A stretch of DNA of 41,985 nt, from the NCBI GenBank assembly GCA_027366675.1, contig DAHXND010000034.1, positions 1-41,985 of the forward strand, written 5' to 3'. This stretch comes from Acidimicrobiales bacterium. Lineage in GTDB: Bacteria; Actinomycetota; Acidimicrobiia; Acidimicrobiales; JAMCQF01. Shown in pieces: positions 20,189 through 29,901 of this stretch (its first letter is position 1; every line of letters starts with the position of its first letter). The position numbers and the translations under genes are program-made. The notes under the pieces were generated by a model that saw only the letters and a list, made by a program, of their open reading frames with translations, was not told where the DNA came from and ran no database searches.

Positions 20189-20337
20189 TCAGGACGCGAT
20201 GCCAGCTGGTTGGTAGAGGCTTTTTGCTGGCTGGTCAATCGCTGGATCTTGCAGCGGTTCTGGCGAATGAGGAGAAGGGAGAGCGCTCTGCCTCTAGGCT
20301 GGGGTCTCAGATGGCGGCTGATCCGGAGGTGGCGGGC

Positions 20338-23300
20338 ATGGGTGTGGATTTGTTCTCCGGAGCATATCGCGCGTGCCTGTTCGATCTCGACGGGGTGCTG
20401 ACCGACACGGCTTCGATTCATGCGAAGGCCTGGAAACAGGCCTTCGACTCCTTCCTCGCGAGCTGGTGCCAGATGCATGCTGAGATCCCCACGCCTTCAG
20501 AAGGCGAGCCGTCGGAGCCCCTCCGTCCGTTCGATCTGCGAGATGACTACGACGCCTACGTGGACGGGCGCCCGAGAGAGGCGGGTGCCAGGGCATTCCT
20601 CGAGAGCAGGGGGCTGGACGTTCCATTCGGCGATCCCGCGGAAGGAACGGACGCCTTGACTGTATGTGGAGTCGCTGCTCGGAAGGACGCGCTCTTCCTG
20701 GAGATGCTGGGCGAGGAGCATATCGTGGTGTTCCCGGATTCCATGGCGCTGTTGGAGGCAGCAGTCGCAGGGGGGTTCGCGGTAGCCGTCATCTCCTCCA
20801 GCGCCAATACCAGGCAGGTTCTCGAGGCGGCAGGCATCGCTTCCTACTTTCCTGTGGTAGTAGATGGAATCCTTGCAAAGACCCTGCAGCTCCATGGTAA
20901 GCCCGCTCCAGACACCTACCTGGAAGCCGCTCTGGAGCTAGGGGTCCTTCCGGCCGAGGCCGTTGTGTTCGAGGATGCCATGGCTGGGGTGGAGGCAGGT
21001 CACGCGGGTGGCTTCGGCCTGGTGGTCGGCGTGGCGCGACATGGTCAGGGAGAGCGCTTGCTGCGTTCAGGCGCAGACGTGGCCTCTGAGCGTCTGGACG
21101 AGCTGCTTCCTGGAAGGATGCCCCTGGGTGAGGGCAGGGACGCGCCGGGTTCCCAGGCTGTCGCCAGGGACCCAGCAGGAAGGGAGCTTCTCCTGGATAA
21201 GACGTCCGTCGGTGAGCGTATCTGGGATGCCGTCGTTCTAACCGGGGAAGCGGTCGGGGTGCTGGCGGGATCGCCCCTTGCTTCCGAGGCTTCCCGCCTG
21301 GCGGGGGCGCTTTCCTCCGGTAGTGGTGTGGTTTTCATCTCGCTCGGCGATCTGGCGGCTAATCCACCCTGCGACGTTCAGTTGGCTTCCGATATGAGCC
21401 GCGCTCGGGAGATCCTGTGGGAGATGGGGGTGCCCCGGGGGAGAGCCCTCGCCTTCGGTGGTGGACCCGCGGCCGATCGCCTGCTCACGTCCCTGCTGCG
21501 TGGCCAGGTGCATGGTCGCTCGCACCTTCCGGTTCCACGGCCGGACCTGGTGGAGGGTTGGTACGTAACGGTGGATGCTTCCACCCCCGGAGGGCACCGT
21601 GCTCATGAGTCACTGCTCTCTCTGGCTGATGGGCGGATGGGCACGCGTGGGAGCTTGGAGGAGGCCGGTGAGTCATCGAGGCCGCTTGTCGTTGCCGCGA
21701 ACCTCTACATGCGCTCGGCTGACGGCTTCCAGGAGCTGGTATCCTGCCCGAACTGGGCACTGGGGATCTCCTGGCAAGACGATGATGGGTCGGGATCTGC
21801 CCACGGCGGCGGAGTAGATCCCGACCAGGCGGGTGATGCGCGTGATTGGCATCAAGCCAGCGCGCCGGGACAGATCAGGAGGGTTCTCGATCTGAGAAGC
21901 GGGCTTCTTTATCGGGAGGGCCCCTTCCAGGGACAGCGCTCCGTGCGCTTCGTATGCGCTGCGAGACCAGGGGTCGCTGTGTTGCGCGCCAGCGGTGACG
22001 CGGGGTCTATGCACGTAGGACAGGCCCTGGCTCCTGCGCTACAGCCTGCTACAGCCACACAGCTTGCTGCAGCGACCTCGAAGACCCCGCCACTCGCTAG
22101 CGGTGTGGAGCCGAGAGGCCAGGATGCAGTGCCATTCGGCGAGCGCGGCGACAGCCAGGAAGCCGTGCCATTCGCTGCGAGGAGCGAAGAGCAGGAAGCA
22201 GTCTCGTCGAGCGCGCCTCCGGGAGGGGTGGCTGCGGCAGCTCGCCAGCGCTTCGCTTCGGCTATGGGGTCTGACAGGCTGGAGCGGCTGGCCGCCTACG
22301 TGGCAAGTGCCGATGCTCCTCCCGATCCAGGATCTGCTGGCGCGAAGCTGGCAGAGGTGGCCCGGGCTGGATTCGATGCGCTTTTATCCGAGCAGCGGCG
22401 CTCCTGGGCAGCTAGGTGGGCGAATGCGGGGGTCTCCATATCCGGAGATCCGGAGACCGAGCTGGCAGTGCGCTTCGGGCTGTTCCACCTGCTCTCCAGC
22501 GTGGCGGGCGACGGCGAGGCCGCGCTCGGGGCACGTGGCCTCTCCGGCCCGGGCTATGGAGGCCATGTCTTCTGGGATGCAGACGTCTTCGTGCTCCCGT
22601 GCCTGGCAGCGATCCGCCCGCAGGCGGCCAGGGCCATGCTCGAGTACCGGATCAGGCGCCTCGAACCGGCGAGGCGGGCGGCCGCAGCCAGCGGGAGGGA
22701 GGGCGCCCGGTTCCCCTGGGAGTCCACCCGCGAAGGCATAGACGTGACCCCGCGTAAGGCCACCAGGCCGGACGGGACCGAAGTGGAGATCCTGACAGGC
22801 GAGCTCGAGGAGCATATAACCGCTGATGTCGCCTGGGCTGCATCCTGGTATGCCCGCTGGACTGGCGACGACAGGCTACTCGCAGGTACGGCCGGCGAGC
22901 TCGTAGTCGAGACGGCGCGCTACTGGGCCAGCAGGCTGGAGCGGGATGCGGACGGTAGCGCTCATATCCGGGATGTGATCGGCCCCGATGAGTACCACGA
23001 GCATGTCGATGACAACGCCTTCACGAATCTCATGGCTCGATGGAACCTTCGCTACGCTGCATCGCTCATCGATAGGGAGCCCAGCTTGGTTGGGGGCGCT
23101 CGGGAGGCGGCCCGGTTGCGCTCGGAATGGCTGGATCTCGTTGCCACGATAAAGGACGGCTACGACTCAGCTAGCGGTCTCTATGAGCAGTTCGATGGCT
23201 TCTTCGCTCTGGAGCCGCTGGTTATAGCGGAGGTAGCTGACATCCCGGTGGCTGCCGATGTGCTGCTGGGGTCGCAGCGGGTAGCTGGTGCCCAGGTGAT

Positions 23301-23871
23301 AAAGCAGGCAGACGTTCTCATGGCGCACCACATGATCCGAGAGGAGGTAGTGGCGGGCTCGCTCCGGGCGAACCTCGAGTTCTACGGCCCGCGATGTGCT
23401 CACGGAAGCACGCTGTCGCCTGCCATCCAGGCGGAGATGCTGGCCAGGGCAGGTAGACCGGACGAGGGTCTCAGGTTCTTGCGTATGGCGAGCCGCATCG
23501 ACCTCGATGACATCGGGAGCACTTCTGCCGCCGGTCTTCACGTGGCTTCGATGGGAGGCGTTTGGCAGGCACTGGCCTATGGATTCCTCGGTCTGTGGCC
23601 CAGGGGGGATGCGCTGGCTGTAGATCCACGCCTCCCGTCTGCCTGGCATGAGCTGGCGCTGGTACTCACCTTCAGGGGTAGGCGTGTGCGCGTGAGCGCT
23701 ACGAGCGAGAGGTTGGAGATCGAGATCCTGGGGTGGGACGGTAGTGGTGACGCATCACTCGATGTGGTGCTCGGGTCCGAGGCGTCGGCAAGGAGAGTTA
23801 TGGGTTCGGCGGCGTTCTTTCACGGATCAGAAGGGTGGGTCGCGGCGAAGGGAGGTGCTCTCGGTGGGTGA
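20338..23871 (+). CDS. HAD (beta-phosphoglucomutase-like) + GH65 phosphorylase fusion
   Basis: N-terminal FDLDGVLTDT, SSSAN, GKPAPD, FEDA; C-terminal ARGLSGPGYGGHVFWDAD, GPDEYHE, IKQAD, HGSTLS. Start uncertain (20224/20311/20338; the last has RBS GGAGGT). Confidence 0.9.
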   Translation: MGVDLFSGAYRACLFDLDGVLTDTASIHAKAWKQAFDSFLASWCQMHAEIPTPSEGEPSEPLRPFDLRDDYDAYVDGRPREAGARAFLESRGLDVPFGDPAEGTDALTVCGVAARKDALFLEMLGEEHIVVFPDSMALLEAAVAGGFAVAVISSSANTRQVLEAAGIASYFPVVVDGILAKTLQLHGKPAPDTYLEAALELGVLPAEAVVFEDAMAGVEAGHAGGFGLVVGVARHGQGERLLRSGADVASERLDELLPGRMPLGEGRDAPGSQAVARDPAGRELLLDKTSVGERIWDAVVLTGEAVGVLAGSPLASEASRLAGALSSGSGVVFISLGDLAANPPCDVQLASDMSRAREILWEMGVPRGRALAFGGGPAADRLLTSLLRGQVHGRSHLPVPRPDLVEGWYVTVDASTPGGHRAHESLLSLADGRMGTRGSLEEAGESSRPLVVAANLYMRSADGFQELVSCPNWALGISWQDDDGSGSAHGGGVDPDQAGDARDWHQASAPGQIRRVLDLRSGLLYREGPFQGQRSVRFVCAARPGVAVLRASGDAGSMHVGQALAPALQPATATQLAAATSKTPPLASGVEPRGQDAVPFGERGDSQEAVPFAARSEEQEAVSSSAPPGGVAAAARQRFASAMGSDRLERLAAYVASADAPPDPGSAGAKLAEVARAGFDALLSEQRRSWAARWANAGVSISGDPETELAVRFGLFHLLSSVAGDGEAALGARGLSGPGYGGHVFWDADVFVLPCLAAIRPQAARAMLEYRIRRLEPARRAAAASGREGARFPWESTREGIDVTPRKATRPDGTEVEILTGELEEHITADVAWAASWYARWTGDDRLLAGTAGELVVETARYWASRLERDADGSAHIRDVIGPDEYHEHVDDNAFTNLMARWNLRYAASLIDREPSLVGGAREAARLRSEWLDLVATIKDGYDSASGLYEQFDGFFALEPLVIAEVADIPVAADVLLGSQRVAGAQVIKQADVLMAHHMIREEVVAGSLRANLEFYGPRCAHGSTLSPAIQAEMLARAGRPDEGLRFLRMASRIDLDDIGSTSAAGLHVASMGGVWQALAYGFLGLWPRGDALAVDPRLPSAWHELALVLTFRGRRVRVSATSERLEIEILGWDGSGDASLDVVLGSEASARRVMGSAAFFHGSEGWVAAKGGALGG

Positions 23872-24790
23872 AGCGGGTAATGGAGGGCGAGGAGGTGTCC
23901 TGAGCGAAGATGCTGGCGGATCTGAGTCGAGGGGAACGGTGCTCGTTGCCCTCGACTCCTCCATGGCGGCAATGCCTGTAGCACGGGCGGCATCTGCACT
24001 TGCAACGCTGATAGGAAGCAGGCTCGAGGCAGTTCATGTAAGCGAAGAAGGCACGGGCTCGCTTGCAAATGGCGCTGCCGGCGCAGCAGGGATCTCGCTC
24101 ACGCGGCTGGAGGGGGGGAACGTATCGGCGCAGATAGCCGAGGCCGGGTCCCGTGAGCCCGTGCTGGCTCTGGTGATGGGTGCCAGGAGCTCTCCCGGGG
24201 GTCGTTACCCGGCTGGGCATGTAGCCATCGAGGTCATGTCCGGATTGGGCAAGCCAGTGCTCGTCGTGCCGCCAGAGGAGAATATGTCTGTGGTCGAGCC
24301 AGCGAAGCATGCCAACCGTTTCAAGGCTGGGGTAGGGGTGGCTTCGCCACTCATAGCGGCAGAGGGCTCACCGCTTCACGTGCTCGTAGCCCTGGACGGT
24401 ACCGAGGCAGGCAAGAGAGCGACCGACCGAGCACTCGGGCTCCTTTCCAACGCCAGGGTGGAGCTGACGGCTGTGCACGTGTTCAGCTCTGACACACTCC
24501 CGCGCTTCTGGGACCAGCAGCAGCATGCAGGCGTGTCGTGGTCGAAGGAGTTTCTCTCCCGCTATCTACAATCCTTGCCAGTGAGGCTTAAGTTGCGCAC
24601 TGGCTCGCCGGCAGGCCAGATCCTGGAGGCAGCGAGTGACGACAAGGCCGGCATGATCATCATGGGATATGGGTTGTCTGGATCGGGCAGCAAGGGACTG
24701 ACCGGCGGCTTCCCGGGAGATGTCGTGAACGAGGTGCTCAGCAGGTCGAACGTCCCGGTGCTGCTCGTTCCCGAGCTGCTCGGTTCTTAG
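23864..24790 (+). CDS. Universal stress protein, tandem domains
   Basis: VLVALDSS...KPVLVVP and VLVALDGT...VPVLLVP; GTG at 23864 after GGAGGTG, overlapping the upstream gene. Confidence 0.85.
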   Translation: MGEAGNGGRGGVLSEDAGGSESRGTVLVALDSSMAAMPVARAASALATLIGSRLEAVHVSEEGTGSLANGAAGAAGISLTRLEGGNVSAQIAEAGSREPVLALVMGARSSPGGRYPAGHVAIEVMSGLGKPVLVVPPEENMSVVEPAKHANRFKAGVGVASPLIAAEGSPLHVLVALDGTEAGKRATDRALGLLSNARVELTAVHVFSSDTLPRFWDQQQHAGVSWSKEFLSRYLQSLPVRLKLRTGSPAGQILEAASDDKAGMIIMGYGLSGSGSKGLTGGFPGDVVNEVLSRSNVPVLLVPELLGS

Positions 24791-24804
24791 CTTTCGAGGC
24801 GCGT

Positions 24805-24856
24805 ACCGGCTGCTAGCCGGCTACTGCCTCTACACCGGCTGCTAGCCGGCTACTGC
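24805..24856. repeat. 23-bp direct repeat with internal hairpin (ACCGGCTGCTAGCCGGCTACTGC x2) duplicating the stop-codon region of the downstream minus-strand gene
   Basis: Units at 24805-24827 and 24834-24856; CCGGCT/AGCCGG inverted arms; may act as a terminator between convergent genes. Confidence 0.75.
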
Positions 24857-26254
24857 TCTGGCAGCCCGGGATATGCCTTCTGCCGCCATGGGATGCTGGT
24901 CGGCGAAGCGTGCCATCTCGAATGCTGTGGCCCCAGTTGCCACAGCTATGCCGATCTCGCCGATGAGCTGAGCGGCATCGATGCCCACGACCCAACCGCC
25001 TACGATGCGCAAGCTCTGATCCTCGAAGAAAAGACGGATCTCTCCGTAGGTCTCGTCCAGTATCTGCGCTCGTGAGTCGCCTTCCAGGGAGTAGGCGCTC
25101 TCGATCACGGCCACATCATGTTCCTGAGCGCTTTTCCTGGTCAGGCCTACGTATGCTCCTGCGGGAGCAGTGAATATCGTCGTTGGCACGGACGCGAAGC
25201 TCATTCGATCCACCCCGTTGTTCCCTGCCAGGATGTTGTGAGCGGCGACCAGGGACTGTCGAACCGCCGAGTGGAACAGCATGGAGCGTCCGTTCACGTC
25301 GCCTGGTGCGTAGATGTGCCGGTGGTTCGTCTGCATGGTTGGTTCTACAGCTAGCCCATGACCTTCGAGCTCCAGTCCTATATCGGTGGCCCCTTCTGGT
25401 ATCACGGGTCGCCTCCCGACAGCCATGAGCACGAGGTCACTGTCCAGCTGCGATGGCGCGCCTCCCTTCTCGTAGAGAACCCGGCGACTGCCCCCCGATG
25501 CCTCTATGCCGGTCACCTTGGCACCCAGGATCACCTCTATTCCTGGGTCAATCCCGCCCGCAAGGAGATCCACGAAGCCAGGGTCCATTCCCCAGAGGAG
25601 CTGATCCAAAGCTTCCACGATCGTCACCTCGCTGCCTAGCGCATGCATCATGCAGGCGACCTCCAGGCCAATATACCCACCACCTATGACGGCGAGGCGC
25701 CCGGGCAGGGACGTTACGGACGCCCCCAACCGAAACAGGTCATGGCTCGTCACGCAGAGGTTCGCGCCACTTATGCCGGGCACGAAGACGTCGCTGCCGG
25801 TGGCGATTATGATGTGATCGGCCTGAAGCTGCTCCCTCCCGGAGGGGCCATCTACCTCGACGGTGTGAGGATCCATTATCCGTGCAGTGCCCTTCAGTAG
25901 CTCCAGGTGCTCTGTTAGCTCGGATAGCTCTGCATCGTGCTGGCGGTAGCGGGTCTCCTGGACGCGGTCTTTGTGGGCAAGGACAGCGCTGTAGCTGACC
26001 CGTGAAGAGGTGGGTGATGTAGTGTGCTCCGGGAGGGTGACGCCAATCCGTGTGCCCGCTGCTATGGCGCGCCTGCGCAGCTCGGCTACCTCGCGTACTG
26101 CCTTCGAGGGAACGCATCCCTCGGCAAGGCAGTTACCGCTCATGATGCCTTTCGAGTCGATCATGACCACGTGCTGGCCGGCACGGGCAAGGGCGAACGC
26201 CGCCGGGTAAGCGCCTCCTCCGGCCCCCAGCGTCACAGTGTCCAGTTTTCTCAT
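24842..26254 (-). CDS. Class I pyridine nucleotide-disulfide oxidoreductase, dihydrolipoamide dehydrogenase-like
   Basis: LGAGGG, redox disulfide CLAEGCVPSK, IATGS, IGGGYIGLE, GDV, C-terminal HPMAAE. Confidence 0.9.
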   Translation of the reverse strand: MRKLDTVTLGAGGGAYPAAFALARAGQHVVMIDSKGIMSGNCLAEGCVPSKAVREVAELRRRAIAAGTRIGVTLPEHTTSPTSSRVSYSAVLAHKDRVQETRYRQHDAELSELTEHLELLKGTARIMDPHTVEVDGPSGREQLQADHIIIATGSDVFVPGISGANLCVTSHDLFRLGASVTSLPGRLAVIGGGYIGLEVACMMHALGSEVTIVEALDQLLWGMDPGFVDLLAGGIDPGIEVILGAKVTGIEASGGSRRVLYEKGGAPSQLDSDLVLMAVGRRPVIPEGATDIGLELEGHGLAVEPTMQTNHRHIYAPGDVNGRSMLFHSAVRQSLVAAHNILAGNNGVDRMSFASVPTTIFTAPAGAYVGLTRKSAQEHDVAVIESAYSLEGDSRAQILDETYGEIRLFFEDQSLRIVGGWVVGIDAAQLIGEIGIAVATGATAFEMARFADQHPMAAEGISRAARAVAG

Positions 26255-26440
26255 GGCGCGCTTCCTCCCTCTGGCAGCCCCGTGGATTCCGACCGTGACG
26301 CCACTACGGAGCCATGGATCGCGACGCTACTTCTCCACGGAGACCGCGTCTCGGCGGGCTCGAGGAGCGCTCGGAAACGTAGTGTGGCATGGTGGTCCCT
26401 GGGAGTCGTTTCGCTGAGCTTGAAAGGATGAGGAGAAGCC

Positions 26441-27157
26441 GTGGGAACCGAAGAACCTGATAGGCCGCGAATGGGAGACCAGAAGGATGCTGGTGCCAGC
26501 TCGGGCAACGCGAACCCCGGGGATCTGGGGCGCCGTATAGCAGAACGTAGGAACGAGCTCGGTCTCACCAGGGGAGAGGTGGCTGCCAGGGCCGGTATGG
26601 ACGCTAGCTACCTGGCGTACTTGGAGGAGCGCCATAGTGCCATACCTAGTCGTTCCACGTTGCTTCGCCTGGCGGCAGCCCTGGAGACGACAGTTCCAAG
26701 GCTCGAGGGAGCGGGGATGGGGTGGCCACCTGGAGCGGGCAGCGTCCCAGCCGGTGCGCCACGGCTCGAAGCCCTCGGGCGAGAGGAGTGTTTGAACCAT
26801 ATACGCCGGGGCGGTGTAGGAAGGCTGGTATTCGATGACGAGCGCGGCCCAGTGGCCCTGCCGGTCAATTACAGGATGCTCGGGAACGATCTCGTCTTTC
26901 GCACCGGCGATGGCTCGATCGCCGCGGCGGTCGAGTCGGGCAGGCAGGTCAGCCTCGAGACGGACCACCTCGACGACGCGCTCGGGGAGGCGTGGAGCGT
27001 ACTTGTCACGGGTAAGGCTCACGAGGTGGATGACGCAGAGGAGCTCAGGCGTGTAGATGCGCTGGACATAGTGCCATGGGCTGGCGGAGACCGCCATACC
27101 GTAGTGCGGATCGTTGCCAGCGAGATAACCGGAAGGGTTATACGGCGCAGCGCGTGA
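26441..27157 (+). CDS. XRE-family HTH fused to a PNPOx-like domain
   Basis: LGRRIAERRNELGLTRGEVAARAGMDASYLAYLEE; then LGREECL..GVGRL..PVNY..AWSVLVTG..PW..ITGR; RBS GAGGAG. Confidence 0.88.
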   Translation: MGTEEPDRPRMGDQKDAGASSGNANPGDLGRRIAERRNELGLTRGEVAARAGMDASYLAYLEERHSAIPSRSTLLRLAAALETTVPRLEGAGMGWPPGAGSVPAGAPRLEALGREECLNHIRRGGVGRLVFDDERGPVALPVNYRMLGNDLVFRTGDGSIAAAVESGRQVSLETDHLDDALGEAWSVLVTGKAHEVDDAEELRRVDALDIVPWAGGDRHTVVRIVASEITGRVIRRSA

Positions 27158-27200
27158 GGGGAGACGATCGAACCGTCGAGTGAGGACACCAGAGCAGTGT

Positions 27201-27743
27201 CTAGAAGGGAGGGTGCCTGGCGTGATCACGGGCGAAGCGCAGGATCGCTATATGCTTACTCGTATCACGTTCCATCAGTTCAACGAGGAGATCCCAGAGT
27301 GTGGTATCTTTCACTGCCTTCAGCTCTTGGCGCAGGTGCTTCAGCTCACGCAGGTCGGTCTCTTCGCGTGCGAGGAGGCGATCCGTCATCTCCAACACTC
27401 CAGCCCTGTTCTCCTGGTCGAGATCTAGCCTCGGCACGGCCGGGTTCTCTATCCGCATCTCGGCTTCGTTCTCTAGTGACTCTGCGAGCTGCAGGAATAG
27501 CTCGTGATGGCGCCGCTCGTCCGCAACGAGCAGGTTTATCAGGTAGGACAGCGCCTTGGACGCTGTCTCACGGGAGGCTTCTATGTACTCCTCCAGCAGG
27601 CGTTGCTCCTCCGCAACATGGTGCCTGAGATGTTGGAAGATCTCGCGCTCCCAGACGCTCATGCCTGCTGGCACCCGAGAGGCTGTGTCCGACGGGCTGG
27701 ACGGGATAGACGAGCTCGGATCGGTCTCCATGTGAACCTCCAT
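27201..27743 (-). CDS. Ferritin-like four-helix-bundle protein
   Basis: Helical, acidic; two paired carboxylate/His motifs: AEE..., DERRHH, REE..., RDTSKH. Confidence 0.65.
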   Translation of the reverse strand: MEVHMETDPSSSIPSSPSDTASRVPAGMSVWEREIFQHLRHHVAEEQRLLEEYIEASRETASKALSYLINLLVADERRHHELFLQLAESLENEAEMRIENPAVPRLDLDQENRAGVLEMTDRLLAREETDLRELKHLRQELKAVKDTTLWDLLVELMERDTSKHIAILRFARDHARHPPF

Positions 27744-27832
27744 TTTACATAGAAAGCGGGTATCCCCGGGGGCTCCTCCAGCGCCGATCCAGGGAAGCTC
27801 TATTCGTTCCCGGGATAATGTACTGCCAGGCC

Positions 27833-27883
27833 ACTGGACCTCTCTGGTTACTGGGCCTCTCTGGTTACTGGGCCTATCTGGTC
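27833..27883. repeat. 17-bp tandem repeat x3 (ACTGGGCCTCTCTGGTT) in a divergent promoter region
   Basis: Units at 27833, 27850, 27867. Confidence 0.85.
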
Positions 27884-27964
27884 ACGGATCACTCACGTAA
27901 CGCTAGCGGATGCCAGGGCCAGGTATGTGCCTACGATCGAACTGTGGCTGTCAGCGGAGCTCCG

Positions 27965-29641
27965 ATGACCAACATCGAGCACGAGGTGAAGCTGGATGCC
28001 GGCCCGACGGTCGCGCTTCCGAGCATGGACGGCCTGGTGGAGGGGGTCTCGGCGTCCAGCCTGCCTGATCAGCGCCTGCGGGCGGTGTACTACGATACAG
28101 TAGATCTGCGGCTCGCCCGAGAGGGGGTGACACTACGCAGGCGCACTGAGCGCTCGGGTCCGGCTGAGGCCAGGTCACTTTGGACCTTGAAGCTGCCCGT
28201 CCTCTCGGGTGCCAAAGGATCGGAGCGTAAGGAGCTGTCGTGGCCGGGCAGGCACAGGGCGATGCCGCGGATGGCCCGCTCTCTCGTCCGGGCCTTCTCG
28301 CTCGACGAGCCTCTCGGTATCGTCGGAGTGCTGGTCACGGACCGGAGGAGGGTTGTCGTTCGCGGACCTGAAGGAGGGCTGCTGCTCGAGATCGACGATG
28401 ATCTGGTGTCTGTGATGGAGGGGTCCCGCATAGCTGCTCGGTTCCGCGAGGTGGAGGTCGAGGTGGTTGGCCCAGGTGGGGAGAAGCTTCTCCAACCTGC
28501 CGTCACGAGGTTACGGGTAGCAGGCGTGGTGCACGCTACAGGACGGCCGAAGTTGGTACGGGCTCTCGGAGAACGAGCCATGGAGCGGCCAGAGGTATGG
28601 CCCGTGAAGCTCGGACCTCGTTCGACCGTGCGGGAGCTTCTTGGAGCGGCCCTCGCTGACGGCTACAGGAGGTTGGTGGTGCACGACCCTGGAGTGAGGC
28701 TTGACGAGGATCCAGAGCATGTCCATCAGGCCCGGGTCGCCACGCGCAGGTTGAGGTCGGATCTGCACGCGATGCGGCCGCTCGTGGATGCGAGCTGGCT
28801 GCTGCGTGCGAGCCCCGAGCTCGGCTGGCTTGGCAAGGTGCTTGGACACGTGCGGGACATCGACGTGCTGAGCCTGCGCATCGAGGTCGGCATGGGGATG
28901 CTGGATGAGCGTGACAGGAACCTCGCCAGACCGCTTCTCGCGAATCTGGCGAGCGAGCGAAGGGTAAGGCGACGGGAGCTCGCTTCGGCCATGGATTCGA
29001 GCAGGTACACGGAGCTCCTCGGGATGCTGGCTGGCGCATCCTTGAATCCTCCCGTTGCAGATCGATGGGAGCTCTCAGCCCGCGTGATGGCTGAGTGCAG
29101 GGATGAGAAGCCGTTACCGGACATGGCCATTCCAGTTGCCGAGGCGGCCCTGCCCCGGTCAGCGCCTCTGGCAGCCGAGGAAGGGGCTTTCGCTCATGAT
29201 GTGCCGGCTGGGGAGATTCCAGGCAACGATGTGGTTGGCTGGATAGCTGCCAGTGCTTGGAATCGTCTGTCGAGGAGGGTTGGGAAGCTGGGGACGGAGC
29301 CGTCCGACGCCGATCTGCACCTGGTGCGCATAGGGGCGAAGAGGCTTCGATATGCTTGCGAGGTAGCTGCTCCGGTGGCTGGCAAGCAGGCGTCACGCCT
29401 TGCTGTGAAGGCCGCAGCGTTGCAGGATCTTCTCGGCGCGGGGCGAGACGCTCTCATGGCAGAGCAGTGGCTCAGGGCAGCAGCTCGTTCAGCGCCTCGA
29501 GATCGAGCGCTGGTGATAGGGCAGATGATCGCCTTCGAGAGGGCGAGCCAGAGGGAAGCACGAGAGCTATGGCCGGTTCTGTGGGAACGGGCACAGCTCA
29601 GAGTCAGGCGGGATCGAGGGTGGCTGCGGCCTGGCCGATGA
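27965..29641 (+). CDS. CYTH + CHAD domain protein (polyphosphate-associated)
   Basis: CYTH ExExK (EHEVK), YYDTVDLRL..GVTLRRR, WTLKLP, FREVEVE; CHAD VHQARVATRRLRS, LGHVRDIDV, LHLVRIGAKRLRY, LQDLLG. Confidence 0.9.
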   Translation: MTNIEHEVKLDAGPTVALPSMDGLVEGVSASSLPDQRLRAVYYDTVDLRLAREGVTLRRRTERSGPAEARSLWTLKLPVLSGAKGSERKELSWPGRHRAMPRMARSLVRAFSLDEPLGIVGVLVTDRRRVVVRGPEGGLLLEIDDDLVSVMEGSRIAARFREVEVEVVGPGGEKLLQPAVTRLRVAGVVHATGRPKLVRALGERAMERPEVWPVKLGPRSTVRELLGAALADGYRRLVVHDPGVRLDEDPEHVHQARVATRRLRSDLHAMRPLVDASWLLRASPELGWLGKVLGHVRDIDVLSLRIEVGMGMLDERDRNLARPLLANLASERRVRRRELASAMDSSRYTELLGMLAGASLNPPVADRWELSARVMAECRDEKPLPDMAIPVAEAALPRSAPLAAEEGAFAHDVPAGEIPGNDVVGWIAASAWNRLSRRVGKLGTEPSDADLHLVRIGAKRLRYACEVAAPVAGKQASRLAVKAAALQDLLGAGRDALMAEQWLRAAARSAPRDRALVIGQMIAFERASQREARELWPVLWERAQLRVRRDRGWLRPGR

Positions 29642-29901
29642 GGAGCCGTCGCAGCGACGACAGCCTTAGGCGGTCTCGGGTCCAGATGCCGGGCAGCATC
29701 CACGGCTCTCGCCATCTGATCTGGCGTCGAGCGCAGGAAGCCCGTGACCGTTGCGGGGGCGCAGGCAAGGCGGCAGGCACCACCACGCCGACGCGTAGAT
29801 GATTTCCCAGGGATGGGCCAGCGGCCGGAGGGCAACTGGCTATTCCGCCGCGGACTCCGGCAAGGTCATCGGGTGGAACGGCTTACGTGTTGACCTGGCA
29901 C

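Noticed and set aside
24842-26254. Mercuric reductase (merA) call
   Set aside because: No C-terminal Cys-Cys, no NmerA domain and no mer genes nearby
26383-26402. Possible fifth DosR box (TGTGGCATGGTGGTCCCTGG)
   Set aside because: Only the right half-site GGTCCCT matches; too weak without a PWM score
26251-27229. Minus-strand ORFs 26327-27229 and 26251-26568, plus other long antisense ORFs (e.g. 16385-17347, 38889-39995)
   Set aside because: Expected in high-GC DNA opposite well-supported genes; no recognisable motifs
27825-27844. Possible DosR box AGGCC-ACTG-GACCT upstream of the ferritin-like gene
   Set aside because: Lacks the GGG/CCC arms and overlaps a tandem repeat
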